NCBI RefSeq assembly: GCF_004010195.1
Contig: NC_057712.1
Coordinates: 62,430,539 to 62,494,538 of the forward strand
DNA: 64,000 bases
DNA from: Chiloscyllium plagiosum
Taxonomy: Eukaryota
Reading direction: 5' to 3'
The notes under the pieces are model-generated. The model saw nothing but the letters and a program-made list of their open reading frames with translations, did not search any database and had not been told where the DNA came from. Position 1 is the first letter of the stretch. Each line of letters begins with the position of its first letter. A program made the position numbers and the translations under genes. Below, piece after piece: positions 38,776 to 51,439 of the stretch.

Positions 38776-39720
38776 TAATTAAGTCGATTCAAAGCACCGA
38801 CAGGCACTATCATAAACACACATTAGCAAACGTTAAGTTACATTCATTGATAAAAAAACACACTGATGAATGCCTGCCTGAAAGTTTTGTAGTACATTCA
38901 ATTTTGAAACCTGATCAATAAAGGTATATGGGCTAAGAAGTACAAAGACTGATCATGAACATTTGACAACACATTCTCTTATCTCAAAGAAGCAAACAGA
39001 AACTTTCTAAGACAATCCATTAAATTTTACATCTTCTACTCTGATATCAAAGAATCAGAAAGGCTACAACAAGGAGGAGGTGGATCACGCAACTGGCACA
39101 CCTTCAAGAGCCATTGAGGAGACAACAGGAAATGACATCTTCAACATCACCTTCAGAAACAAATAAACAGAAATCTCACACCATCAAGCCAATAAAAGCC
39201 TGAATCACGTGCTGCCCAAACCAGAGTTCAGGAAGATCACACACTCTAAACAGAGGGAGTGACTAGCAAAAGTTAATAGGCATCAAATTTTAGCAATCAA
39301 ACACTGAACAAACAAGGAGAATGATAGACTGACTTTGACCAGAAGAGACCATGCCACACAGCCCAAAGATGCAAGCCAATGTTCCAAAGTGGACAGACTG
39401 TTTACCAACTATGTTTGTTATGGTGGTACACATTGTACTTATTGCAGTTAACGTAATAAATTCTGCTAATCTTCTAAAGGCACACCCTTGCATAGTTAAT
39501 CATGAGTCACTGATATCAGCTTTCCCAGGTCAGTTTAAAATTCTCATCGACTTCAGTTTTACAATTAAAGCACTTCAAACAAAACTTGTGTAAAATTCTC
39601 CTACTGAAAAATAATCAAGTAGAGAGCTTTTGACAGCCTTGTGATGCTGCCAGCAGCGAAGAATGCATTCTAATGGCGTCTGAATTCTACTATGTATTTG
39701 GCCAGTTTCCAGATCCATAA

Positions 39721-39944
39721 TAAAAACTGAAAGAACTGAGTGTTGTAAATCAGAGACAAAAACACAAATTTCTGGAAAAGCTTAGCAAGTCTGGCAGCAT
39801 CTGTGGAGAGAAATCAGAGTTAATGTTTTGGGTTGAGTGACTTCTGTAGAACAGTCACTCGACCCCAAACATTAACTCTGATTTCTCTCTAAAGATGCTG
39901 CCAGACCTGCAGAGCTTTTCCAGCAACATTTGTTTTTGCCTCAT
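39721..39944. mobile_element. Palindromic Penelope-derived insert
   Basis: Inverted arms around 39842-39853; 9-bp TSD GATCCATAA (39712-39720 / 39945-39953). Confidence 0.8.
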
Positions 39945-40392
39945 GATCCATAACCTCCACTTAATACCAACGAAGAGGGTCGAAAATGCAACCTTATATT
40001 CACCTGATCTGCCAATGCACTTAAGTTTCAGGTAAAGCCAAGAAAAATGCATGGAGAAAACCTGGTGAGATTGAGGCAAGCCAGGTCTGGTTGCAATCAC
40101 CAATAGGAATCAAGGCTGACTTAGCTAATATTACGACAAGCCTCTCCTTTTAAAAAAAATCATAGAAATTATCTAAGTGACTCTGTTGCTGCTGATTGTG
40201 AAGAATGCAGGTAAGAAAGACCTACTAATCTGTGATGCTTATTTCCTCTTTCCTGACATTAGCTCCAAGTCAAAGAAAACTCCAGGCATCCAGCAACGAT
40301 GACATCATGTAATGCATGCAGCCAATCATATTCAAGCATTCTCACAGGCAGCAAGTAAAATGCACTGATTATCCTACACATGTTTACAATTA

Positions 40393-40418
40393 GAGAGAGG
40401 GAGAGGGAGAGGGAGAGG

Positions 40419-40482
<64 letters not shown>
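40393..40482 (+). repeat. (GA)n / (GAGAGG)n microsatellite
   Basis: Directly visible. Confidence 0.97.
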
Positions 40483-40485
<3 letters not shown>

Positions 40486-41382
40486 AATGGTTGATGTCAT
40501 GAAACAAATCTAAAACTTCAAACAAATATTAAACTTAATGTTCAAAGCATGGACACTTTTTAATCCAATTGGGGAAATTTGATATTCTATAGAGAAATAA
40601 ATTTAGTTTCCATACCAGAAAGACTTTTTAGAAGTAACTATGAACTCTGTGAACTGGTATAAACTTAGTTACACATCCTTGAAAAGATACCTCTTCAGTA
40701 CCAACCCCCCTGCTCCCCCCACCCACAACCCAGAGGGTTTCACAGCAAACCAGAAATATTAAGGGGCAATTTCCTGACACTTCCGTAATTTTTATTTAAT
40801 TATCTTTTTTGGAACTTTGGCAATGCATTTCGTGCAGGCGTGTGGAATCACTGACAGCAACCTCTGGATCTCTGCATAACTCCAGATGTACAGACTCCAC
40901 CAGTTGCTGACAATTTCTATAGGTGAATGAAGCAACGTGATAAATATCCATCAATTCAGATGAAAATTTCAACACGCACGTTCTGTTTAAGTCTCAAGAC
41001 AAAGGAAAATCCAGAAAGAGGATATTTTGTTGCAAGTGCTTTTTTTTCTTTAAAAGGCCATTCACAAGGCAAAACATTACATAAAACTTCTTCATGAGTT
41101 AATTCAAAAGTTCAAAACTTTGCTCTAAGCTAAGATGCCCTGAAAGCCTGAGAAATCATGTTCAGACTGACCTTTGATCTGCATAGAACGGCTCCTTCAT
41201 GTCAGACAGATCAAGAGTGGCTCTCAAAGTGGATTGAAGCCATCTTTCCAAAAATATTTACATTCAGAATGTGGAAAAAACATATTTCCATACCATCTTG
41301 GGACTATTATTTGGATGACCAAATCACTGACCCTTAAAGGTGGTTTGAACTAAATCTATGATAATAAATGGACAAGTTTTAG

Positions 41383-41712
41383 TGGGCAGCATGGTGGCTC
41401 AGTGGTTAGCACTGCTGCCTCACAGCACCAGGGACCCAGTTTCTATTCCCACCTTGGCCATCTGTCTGTGTGGAGTTTGTATATTCTCCCCATGTCTGCG
41501 TGTTTCCTCCGGGTGCTCCAGTTTCCTCCCACAATCCAGAGATGTGCATGTCAGATGAAGTAGCCATGCTAAGTTGCCCATAGTGTTAGGTGCAATAATC
41601 AAGAGTAAATGTAGGGTAGGGGAATGGGTCTGGGTGGGTTACTCTTCGGAGGGTCAGTGTGGACTTGTTGGGCCGAATGGCCTGTTTCCATACTGTTGGG
41701 AAACTAATCAAA
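41383..41712 (+). mobile_element. HE1-like SINE
   Basis: Full head, V-domain and tail. Confidence 0.9.
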
Positions 41713-42419
41713 TTGAGAGATAGAGATGGAGAATCAATCACATTAAATGCTTGAAGGTGCAAACAATTCAGAGTCATATTCTGATTCCATTTAATCCAAT
41801 TGTACAATGATTGCCTGGAACAACATTACACCATTGAATTATCCAAATATTCTCCATGGTCAAAATTTTAAACATTGCAAAAAATAGCTTAAAAGGAATA
41901 TCATTGAAAGAATAAACATTGTGTGACTGTTAATGATGAGATCTATGCTTTTTGTCTTCATTTCATTCTGAATGGGTGATGGGAAAAATGTGCTCATAAA
42001 CGGATGTGGAAAATGGATCATACTCAGACATGGCAAACTAAGGTTCAATGACTTAATCAGTGACATTTAGTAAATAAATTATGACATCACCCTGTTTGTG
42101 GTAAAAATGGCATTTAAGTGCAACATGTGGATGTAACAGAAACAGACTGAGTGCAACAAACATAACCTCATTGTCTACTTGACAAGCTATTTTTCAGGAT
42201 TTTCTGCAATGGCAACTATGAACGATCAAGACTTCCAAAGCTACAAAGGAAAAGCATGAGAACAGTGCAAGAGTTCAGATTTCTCTACTTGTAGTGCCAC
42301 TTTGATTCTTAACTTAATATCTTACACTTGAAGATGCACAAATTTCTCCAACTTAGTCAGGGGAATAAATATAACTGACAGGGCCAGAATTTCTCACTAA
42401 CCCCTCGTTGTGCTAGAAG

Positions 42420-43065
42420 CTACAGGAGCAAGCCCTTTTCTCGAACAGTCCTTCCAAGTGAGACACAGGTTCACCTGCCTCTCTTCAAACCTAGTTTACT
42501 GCATCAGGTGCTCCCGATGTCATCTGCTCTACATTGGGGAGATTGAACGTAAACTTAGGGAACGGCTCACTGAGCATCACAGCCAGGTCCGGAGGAGCCG
42601 ACTGGACCTCCCAGTCACCATCAATTTCAATACCTGCAACCACTCCCTTTCTGACATTACCATCTTGGCCTCTTCCATTGCCAAAATAAACCATGGCTCC
42701 TATTGGAGGAACATCGCCTTATCCTCTGCTTGAGCAGCCTACAACCTGGAGGATTCAATATTGAGTTCTCCAATTTCAAATAACCTGTCTCCCAACCCTC
42801 CAACTCCCTTCCCAGCTCCCCCCATCCCTTTTCACTGCTCCCTGCCACCAACCAGATTCATTCCTCCCATTGACCAACCAGTTTGTACCCTCCACCTGTC
42901 TTCACCAACACCCACTTCACCACGCTGCCCCTGCCACCCCCTTTATCTGCAGCTGCCCCCACCCCAGCCCCAGTCCTGAAGAAAGGGTACACCCGAAATG
43001 TCGTCTTCTGCACCTTCTGATGCTGCCTGGCTTCCTGCGTTCTTCCAGTCTCTTGCCTGACTACT
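42420..43065 (+). mobile_element. Penelope-like element 3' end with GIY-YIG endonuclease relic
   Basis: FTCLSSNLVYCIRCSRCHLLYIGEIERKLRERLTEH; terminal repeat with CTGAAGA..GGGTACACCCGAAATGTC. Confidence 0.9.
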
Positions 43066-43259
43066 TTTCTGAAACCACAGCAGACTTTGCTGTCAGAACA
43101 TCCCCAATGCTTTTAATTCCATTTATTGATTTAAACTGAAGGAACAGTAATGTACAGTTCCAAGGTAAACACATTGACTGCAGATGCTGAAAACCAGATT
43201 CTGGATCAATGGTGCTGGAAGAGCACAGCAATTCAGGCAGCATCGAGGAGCTTCAGCAA

Positions 43260-43296
43260 AATCGACGTTTCGGGCAAAAGCCCTTCATCAGAGATA
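43260..43296 (-). ncRNA. Candidate minimal hammerhead ribozyme, sense to CD2AP pre-mRNA
   Basis: CUGAUGA-A-GGGC(UUUU)GCCC-GAAA-CG-UC; stem I weak. Confidence 0.55.
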
Positions 43297-43400
43297 AAGG
43301 CAGAGAGCCTGAAGAGTGGAGAGATAAGCTAGGGGAGGGTGGGGGTGGGGAGAAAGTAGCATAGAGTACAATTGGTGAGTGGGGGAGGGGATGAAGGTGA

Positions 43401-43785
43401 NNNNNNNNNNNNNNNNNNNNNNNNNNNNNNNNNNNNNNNNNNNNNNNNNNNNNNNNNNNNNNNNNNNNNNNNNNNNNNNNNNNNNNNNNNNNNNNNNNNN
43501 NNNNNNNNNNNNNNNNNNNNNNNNNNNNNNNNNNNNNNNNNNNNNNNNNNNNNNNNNNNNNNNNNNNNNNNNNNNNNNNNNNNNNNNNNNNNNNNNNNNN
43601 NNNNNNNNNNNNNNNNNNNNNNNNNNNNNNNNNNNNNNNNNNNNNNNNNNNNNNNNNNNNNNNNNNNNNNNNNNNNNNNNNNNNNNNNNNNNNNNNNNNN
43701 NNNNNNNNNNNNNNNNNNNNNNNNNNNNNNNNNNNNNNNNNNNNNNNNNNNNNNNNNNNNNNNNNNNNNNNNNNNNNNNNNNNNN
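43401..43785. other. Assembly gap (385 N)
   Basis: N run inside the Penelope element. Confidence 1.
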
Positions 43786-45338
43786 TGGGGGGCATCTTTA
43801 ACCACGTGGGAAGGGAAATTTTTCCTTGTTGCGGTTGGAGGGGTTGGGTCTGAGGGCGGGGGTGCGGGATGTGGATGAGATGCGTTGGAGGGCATCTTTG
43901 ACCACGTGGGAAGGGAAATTGCGGTCTTTAAAGAAGGAGGCCATCTGGTGTGTTCTATGGTGGAACCGCTCCTCCTGGGTGCAGATACGGCGGAGGCGGA
44001 GGAATTGGGAATACGGGATGGCATTTTTGCAAGAGGTAGGGTGGGAAGAGGTGTAATCCAGGTAGCTGTGGGAGTCGGTGGGTTTGTAGAAGATGTCAGT
44101 GTCAAGTTGGTCGTCACTGATGGAGATGGATAGGTCCAGGAAGGGGAGGGAGGTGTTAGAGATGGTCCAGGTAAATTTAAGGTCAGGGTGGAATGTGTTG
44201 GTGAAGTTGATGAATTGCTCAACCTCCTCGCGGGAGCACGAGGTGGCGCCAATGCAGTCATCAATGTAGCGGAGGAAGAGGTGGGGAGTGGTGCCGGTGT
44301 AATTATGGAAGCTCCTCGGATGCTGCCTGAACTGCTGTGCTCTTCCAGCACCATTGATCCAGAATGTACAGTTCCAAGTCAGGTTGATGAATGGCAAGGA
44401 AGGGAATCTGTATATGGTAGTGTCTGTATGCATGAGGACTCCTCGTCCTTCCAAGTGAAACTGGTTGGGATGCAAAAGATGCTGTGCTAACAGCCTTGGT
44501 AAACTTTAGCAGTGCATCTTGTAAATGGTGCCTATTGTTACTGTTAGTGGAGGGAGTAAATGTTTCAGACTGTGAAGCCAATGAAATAGCAATTTGTCCT
44601 GAACGTTGTCAAGTTTGTTGTTGTTGGAGCCGCACCCAGACAAGTGATGAGTATTTCCTCACACGCCTGACTTATGCCTTATGGTCAGGCTTTAGGAAGT
44701 CAGGAAGTGAATAAGTCGCTGCAGTATTCCTCACCTCTGATCAATTCTTGTAGCCACCATATTTATATGTCAAGTCCAGTTCAGTTTCTAATCAATGGTA
44801 ATCCCAGCATATTGATATTGAGGTATCAAGTGATGGTAATTCCATTGAATTTTAAGGAGCAACAATTAGAATCACAGAGCAGGTTATCAATAAGTGCTAC
44901 TGGTACTTGTTTGGCTTGAATGTTACTTGCCACTTGTCAGCACAAGCCTAGACATTGTCTACATCTAGCTACATTCAAATATAGACTGATTCAATGTCTG
45001 AGGAGTGCCAAATGGAGCTGAACATTGCACAGTGAACATTCTCATTTCTAATGGAGAGAAGGTCATTGATGAAGCAACTGAAGATGGTTTGACCTAAGAC
45101 CCTGAGGAACATCTGCAGAGACATCCAGGAGGTGGGGTTACTGATCTTCATCAACCATCTTCCTCAATACTAAATTATGGTTCCAAAATCAGAACATTTT
45201 CTCCCAGTTCCTACTGATTCTAATTTTGCTAGGACTAATTTATGCCACAATACCAAATTTGGCCTGATATTAAGGACAGTCGCTCTCACCTCATCTCTTG
45301 AATTTAACTCTTCTCTCCACATTTGAACCAAAGCTACA

Positions 45339-45480
45339 TGGACTCTGGACTTTCCTGAAGAAGGGCTAATGCCCGAAACGTCGATTCTCCTGTTCCCTAG
45401 ATGCTGCCTGACCTGCTGCACTTTTCCAGCAACACATTTCCATCTCTGATCTCCAGCATCTGCAGACCTCACTTTCTCCT
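45339..45480 (+). mobile_element. Short Penelope terminal-repeat insert with an intact hammerhead-like core (45355-45382)
   Basis: 10-bp TSD CAAAGCTACA (45329-45338 / 45481-45490); CTGAAGA-A-GGGCTAATGCCC-GAAACGTC. Confidence 0.82.
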
Positions 45481-46659
45481 CAAAGCTACAAATAGGTCAG
45501 GGACTGAGTGGACCTGCCAAATCCAAACTGATAATCACAAAGCAGGTTATCGATAAGCAAGTGCTACTTGATAGCACAGCTAACGACCCCTATCACCATA
45601 CTGATGATTGAGAGTTGATCCATTTGGCAGTAACTGGTCAGAGTGCAGCCATTTCTGGAGTACAAGTCTTGTCTTGAGTACTATTGCCAGAAAGTAGTCA
45701 AAAATCTTCAGTATCCAATGATTTGAGTCATTTCTTGCTATCAATGTGGAGTGAATCAAACTGGCTGACGACTGGCATCTTGGATGCTGGAGACCATCTA
45801 ACTTGACACTTCCAGCTGAAGTTTACTGTAAATGCTTCAGCCTAATCTTTTGTGCTGACGTGCTCAGTGCCGCAATCAAGAATAGAGATATTTGTGGAGC
45901 ATCCTACTTATTCAGTCCAAACCATTCACAACTGGAATGCTGAGCTTAGATCTGATCCTGTGGTTGTACACTTAGCACAACCTTCTCTTTGCTATTAATG
46001 CAGTTTGCCATCCAAATTAGTTTGGCTTTGTAGCTTCAACAAGTTAATAGCACCAGGCATATCTAAAAATGCGATTCCTCCTGCACTCTTCCTATATCAA
46101 GTGTTAATACCCTAGTTTTTAAAAAAAAATGCTTCTTGCCCCAGAGTTCAGTCACACAGAAACAAAACAATCTTGGTGGTGAGCCAGTCAATATGGTAAA
46201 TGTCAGAGAGTGGAGGACTGTTGACCATAGATTTGAGGACTCAGTTGCTTGGAAATTGAAGTATTAGTTTATTTAGTTCACTTTTTTTCCCCATGACTTC
46301 AAAGAGATACTAATACTTTCTTTTGATATAGTAACTGCACAGAAACTTGCAGAAAGAAAACCAGTTAAAACTGGACCCATCCAAGTTTGAACAAGAAGTG
46401 ATAGAGATATAGTATAAAAGTAGTGCTAACTCTTCACTGAGGTTTGACGGTTTGCAGGGATATTACTGGAATGAAATAGTGTAAATCTGAATCCTTTTCA
46501 CATGTCTGTAAAGAAATCTTTCTAACCTTTAGTTCTATTGTAATATTATTCAGTTTTCCTTATTTAATACATTTTATTTATTGTGTTAGAATTACATTGG
46601 CAGTTCTTGTAAATATCTTCAATAAATGACCGCCATGGTTGAAAAGACAAAGTTTGGAT

Positions 46660-48360
46660 TTATGGACTTAGATTCTTAATGAGTACTTTGCATCGGTATT
46701 CTTGAAGGACAGGAACATGATGTTGAGATTAGGGATAGATGTTTGACTACTCTAGGTCAAGACAGCATAAGGAGGAGGAAACGTTTGGTATTCTAAAAGG
46801 CATTAATGTGGACTTGTCCCCAGGTCGGGATGGGATCTATCCCTGGTTGCTGAGGGAAGTGAGGGGGGAAATAGCTGGGGCCTTAGCAGATATCTTTGCA
46901 GCATCCTTGAACACAGGTGAGATCCTGGAGGACTGGAAAATTGCTAATGTTGTCCCCTTGTTTAAGAAGGGTAGCAGGGATAATCCAGGTAATTATTGAC
47001 CAGTGAGCCTGACATCAGTGGTAGGGAAGCTGCTGAAGAAGATACTGAGGGATAGGATCTATTTACATTTGGAAGGAAATAGGCTCATCAATGATAGGCA
47101 ACATAGTTTTTTTGCAGGGCAGGTCATGTCTTGCCAAATTAATAGAATTCTTTGTGCAAGTGACAAAGTTGATTTATTGATGATGGAAGGGCTGTAGATG
47201 TCAAAAACATGGACTTCATTAGGTGTTTGCTAAGGTTCTCCATGGTGGCTGATGGAGAAAGTGAAGTCGCATGAGGTCCAGAGTTTACTAGCTAGATGGA
47301 TAGAGAACTGGCTGGGCAGCAGGAGACTGTAGTAGTGGAAGAGAGCTTCTTAAAATGGAGAACTGTGACCAGTGGTGTTACAAGTGATCTGTGTTAGGAC
47401 CACCGTTGTTGGTGAAATACATAAATATCTGAAGGAAGGTATAGATGGTCTGATTAGCAAGTTTGCAAATGACACTAAGATTGGTGGAGTAGCAGATAGT
47501 GAAGGGGACTGTCAGAGAATGCAGCAGAATATAGATAGATTGGCGATTTGGGCAGAGAAATGGCAGATGGAGTTCAATCCAGGCAAATGAGAGGTGATGC
47601 ATTTTGGAAGATCCAATTGAAGAACAAGTTATACTGTAAATGGAAGAGCCCTGAGGAAAATTGATGTACAGAGAGATCTGGGTGTTCAGGTTCATTGTAG
47701 CCTGAAGGTGGCAATGCAAGTCGATAGTGTGGTCAAGGAGGCATGCGGCATGCTTTCCTTCATCATACAAGGTATTGAGTACAAGAGTTGGCAGGTAATG
47801 TTACTGTTGTAAAGGACTTTGGTTCAGCCACATTTGCAATACTGCATACAGTTCTTGTCACCACATTATCAAAAGGATGTCAATGCTTTGGAGAGGGTGT
47901 AGAAGAGGTTCACCATGATGTTGCCTGGAGAGTGCTAGATATGAAGAGAGGTTGAGTAGATTAGGATTATTTTCATTAGAAAGACAGAGTTTGAGGAGGA
48001 ACTTGATTGAGGTCTGCAAAATCATGAGAGATATAGGCAGGGTGGATAGCAAGAAGCTTTTTTTTCCCCAGAGTCAGGTACTCAATTACTAGGGGTCACA
48101 AACTCAAGGGAGTGGGAAAAACTTTAATGGAGATATGCATGGAAAGTTCTTTACACAGATGGTGGGTGACTGGAACGTGTTGCCAGCAGAGGTAGTACAG
48201 GCGGGCATGATAGCGTCATTTAAGACAGATACATGAATGGACAGGAAGCAGAGGATACACATCTTTGTACAATAGGTGACAGGTTTAGATAGAGGATCTG
48301 GATCAGCGCAGGCTCGGAGGGCCGAAGAACCTGTCCCTGTGCTGTAATTTTCTTTGTTCT
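46660..48360 (+). mobile_element. CR1 LINE ORF2 3' half (decayed)
   Basis: SPGRDGIYP..EDWKIANVVPLFKKGSRDNPGNY; ISKFANDTKIGG..WQMEFN. Confidence 0.92.
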
Positions 48361-50624
48361 CAACTGAAAAGGAATTACATTTAACATCCGAGTGGAAAAG
48401 GTTCAAGGATGAACAAGCAGAATGAGATGGAATTGAAGCTCAAATGACACAACAGTGAACACTAATGGTACTGAAGAAAATAGTGAGGAATACAAAAAAT
48501 ATGAAATGTCAAATGTGAAGGATAAGAAAAACAAAAGAAAAGGCCACTAATTAATGAGTTTTGTAGAATTCCTAAGAGTAGAGTTCTTCATGAGAGATTA
48601 TAGTCATTATCATGCGTGAAAGAAGAAACTCATTGTAAAGGTGGAAGACAAATATAACCCAGAGATGGGAAATAAATTCTTCGTGCATTTTACAAGCATA
48701 TAGAAAAAAGTATGTATTTAGAAAAAGTACGTTTCTCGAGAAAGGTAATGATCATTCAAATTAACTGTACAAAATCGAAATGTTTAACAAATGGATTTGC
48801 TATCAAGCTTTGTATATTAACAAACTCAACCTGTCCAAGGAAGCCAGACAGAAAAGAAGCATGAACCACAATTTCCTTTGAACCATTGAGATGCCAATTT
48901 TGCACATTGAAGTTCCACATTGACCAGCTCTTTTCAAAAAGGATCATACGCATGTTCGTTTATCAACTGAGTGAAAATTGCACAGCAGTGTTAGGAAAGG
49001 CTCTAATAAAAGCAGAATTAGTCAACATGCATTTGCTGAAGTATGGTGACAACCACATTTGTGTTTCAAGATGGTAGGGGGATGACATGAAACAGGAACC
49101 AGCTAAGGCATACAATGTTCCAAGCTGAATCAACTTGGATAAATAAACCAGCTGTCATAGTTGCAAGTTTTCAGAAAATTATCAGACTATTTTCTCTGGA
49201 GACAAGAAGGTTAAGAGACAATCTGATAAAAATGCTCAAAATCATCTTGAGGGGTCTACACAGAATGCATCAGGAGAAACTATTCCAATGCTACCTTCTA
49301 ATTCTCCATCCTTTTATCTGTGTTTTGCAAAAGAAGCAATTGAGATATGAGATTTTAAAAAGTCATTCATGCAGTGAGTATGGACTGAACTGGGTGAAAA
49401 CACATGGAAGTACATTCAACTAAGGCATTCAAGTATTAGATGATCATTTTAATAGAAAAAATGCACAAAATTACAGGAAAAGGCAGGAGTAGGGTACTAA
49501 GTTAAAATACTCAGTCAGTCCAGACAACACGGGCCAAATAGTCTGCTTCTGCAATTTAACAATTCTCAAATTCTGTGAAATTACTGACAAAGTTATCTAA
49601 AGAGTTTCAGTTTAAAAAAAATACATTGACTGATCCATCAGAATCCCTCCTGCTGCCCATCCCACAGTTATAATGAACAAGAATCACCATTTATAACATT
49701 CACTTTTTTCACCACGAGACATGTAAAAGATGAAAACATTGGTTTATTGTCAGGAAAGAACTGGTTCAAAAGAAAATGGGTATTAGTCTTTGTGGAAAAG
49801 GCACAAAATTATGATACAGGAATAGGGAATGCAATTCTGACAGCAGACAAGAAAGGTGAAAAGGAGAGTACAAGTCTTGAAAGCAAGGGTGTTAGCACAA
49901 GTCATTGACATTTGGCCCATGAATTTAAACATTGATGATGGTGAGTTAAAACATCTGGCAGGCTGTTGGGATGGACGGAGGGAAGACAAGATTTTGTAGA
50001 GCCATGTGAAGAAAGGGTTAAAAGTTGGCCAGAAACAAGAAATTCACCACTCTCCCAGACCAACTGTCCCCATCCATTCAAAGAAGTGGCACGAGATTTT
50101 ACATAACCACCCAAAGGGCATCACTATTCATAACACTGATCTCCACATATGTAGCATTCCCCACCCCCACCCCCCGACACACAACTCCCGCAAACAGTCT
50201 CGTTGGGGTGCGTTAGGCTATATTCTGGCAATATAGAAAGTATAGTATTCAACTTTTAAGTTCCACCATTTATTGAGATCAAAGCTGATCTGCACAACAC
50301 TGCCAAATAGCTGCATTACCTGGTGTCCCAAAACACACGACTTCTCTCTGTCACAGGTCTCAACCCCCAGCCTTTATCAAAAACATCATTTAGAAATACA
50401 ACTACCAGGAATTACTGCTGATCCAAAACAGTGCTTCATTAGGTTGTGGCAAGCTGCCTTCTTGAACTGCTTCATTGCTTGGCATGTCAGGAAACCTACA
50501 GTGCTATGAGAGAAAAAGTTTGAATAATTTGACCCAGTGACACAAAAACAAACAGTCCCAAGGCAGGATGGTGAGAGTCTTGGAAGGGAATTTGTAGTGG
50601 TAGTGTTCCCATGTACTTGCTAGA

Positions 50625-51255
50625 AGCAAGTGAGGCTGCAGATGTTGGAGATCAGGCTCGAAAAGTGTGGTGCTGGAAAAGCACAGCATCTAATGAGAAG
50701 GACAGTCGACGTTTCAAGCAAGAACTCTTCATTAGGACTGAGTGTGTGGCCAAAAAGGGATGAGAGCAAGGTAGCTGGGAAGACGAGAGGTAGATGAAGG
50801 TGGGAGGTGATGGTGATGGGTCAGAGAGGAGGGTGGAGCAGATCGAAGGAAGATGGACAAGTATAACAGTTCAGGAAGGCAATGACGAGTTGGAAGATTG
50901 GACCTGAGATAAGGTGGGGGTGGAGAGGAGAGAGAGAGAAAAATGAGTAAACTGGTGCAATCAATGTTGATCTCTTATGGTTGGAGGGTCCCAAGGCAGA
51001 AGATGAGGCGCTCTTCCTCCAGGCATCGGGTGGCTAGAGTTGACAGTGGAAGAAGCCCAGTACTTGCATGTTCTTGGCCAAGTGCAACAGGAAGTTAAAG
51101 TGCTCAGCTGAAGGGCAGTGGGGTTGTTTAGTGCGTGCATCCCAGAGACATTCTCTGAAATGTTCCGCAAGTAGGCGTCCTGTCTCCTCAACGTGAAGGA
51201 CACCATATCCAGAGCAGCAGAAACAGTCCAAGATGGGTGTGGAAATGCAGGTAAA
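50625..51255 (-). mobile_element. Penelope-like 3' end with GIY-YIG relic
   Basis: GVLHVEETGRLLAEHFRE..AEHFN; terminal repeat. Confidence 0.8.
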
Positions 51256-51439
51256 TTTTTAATAAATGCACAAAGACGCTCAGATCCCTTTGTATTTCAG
51301 AGATTTGAATCATTTAGATAGAATTTAAAAAAGGACAATTTTCACTTTCTATATTATACTTCATTGGCCAGATCTTTTCTCTTTTTATATCACTTCCTAG
51401 GCTCTTTATGCCCTCTTCACAAATCACTTTCCTACCCAT

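Larger units (their letters stand above)
43165..44362 (-). mobile_element. Young 5'-truncated Penelope-like element (RT fragment) with inverted terminal repeat
   Basis: FLRYIDDC...LPFLDL...YKPTDSHSYLDYTSSHP; inverted repeats ~43200-43255 / 44308-44364; 16-bp direct repeat AATGTACAGTTCCAAG (43149-43164 / 44363-44378). Confidence 0.92.

Noticed and set aside
40259-40525. ORF with a Leu-Ser repeat
   Set aside because: Translation of the (GA)n microsatellite
41383-41460. tRNA gene-like A/B boxes here and in other SINE heads
   Set aside because: They continue into the V-SINE body and tail; no full cloverleaf
43786-43822. Duplicate of 43889-43920 next to the gap
   Set aside because: At a contig end, so likely an assembly or read-chimera artefact
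43253-44354. Long ORFs spanning the N run
   Set aside because: Artefacts of translating Ns; only the Penelope RT frame is real
49745-49760. Minus FPDN codons resembling the end of CD2AP exon 2
   Set aside because: Followed by KP rather than FVK, no donor, no upstream SH3A sequence
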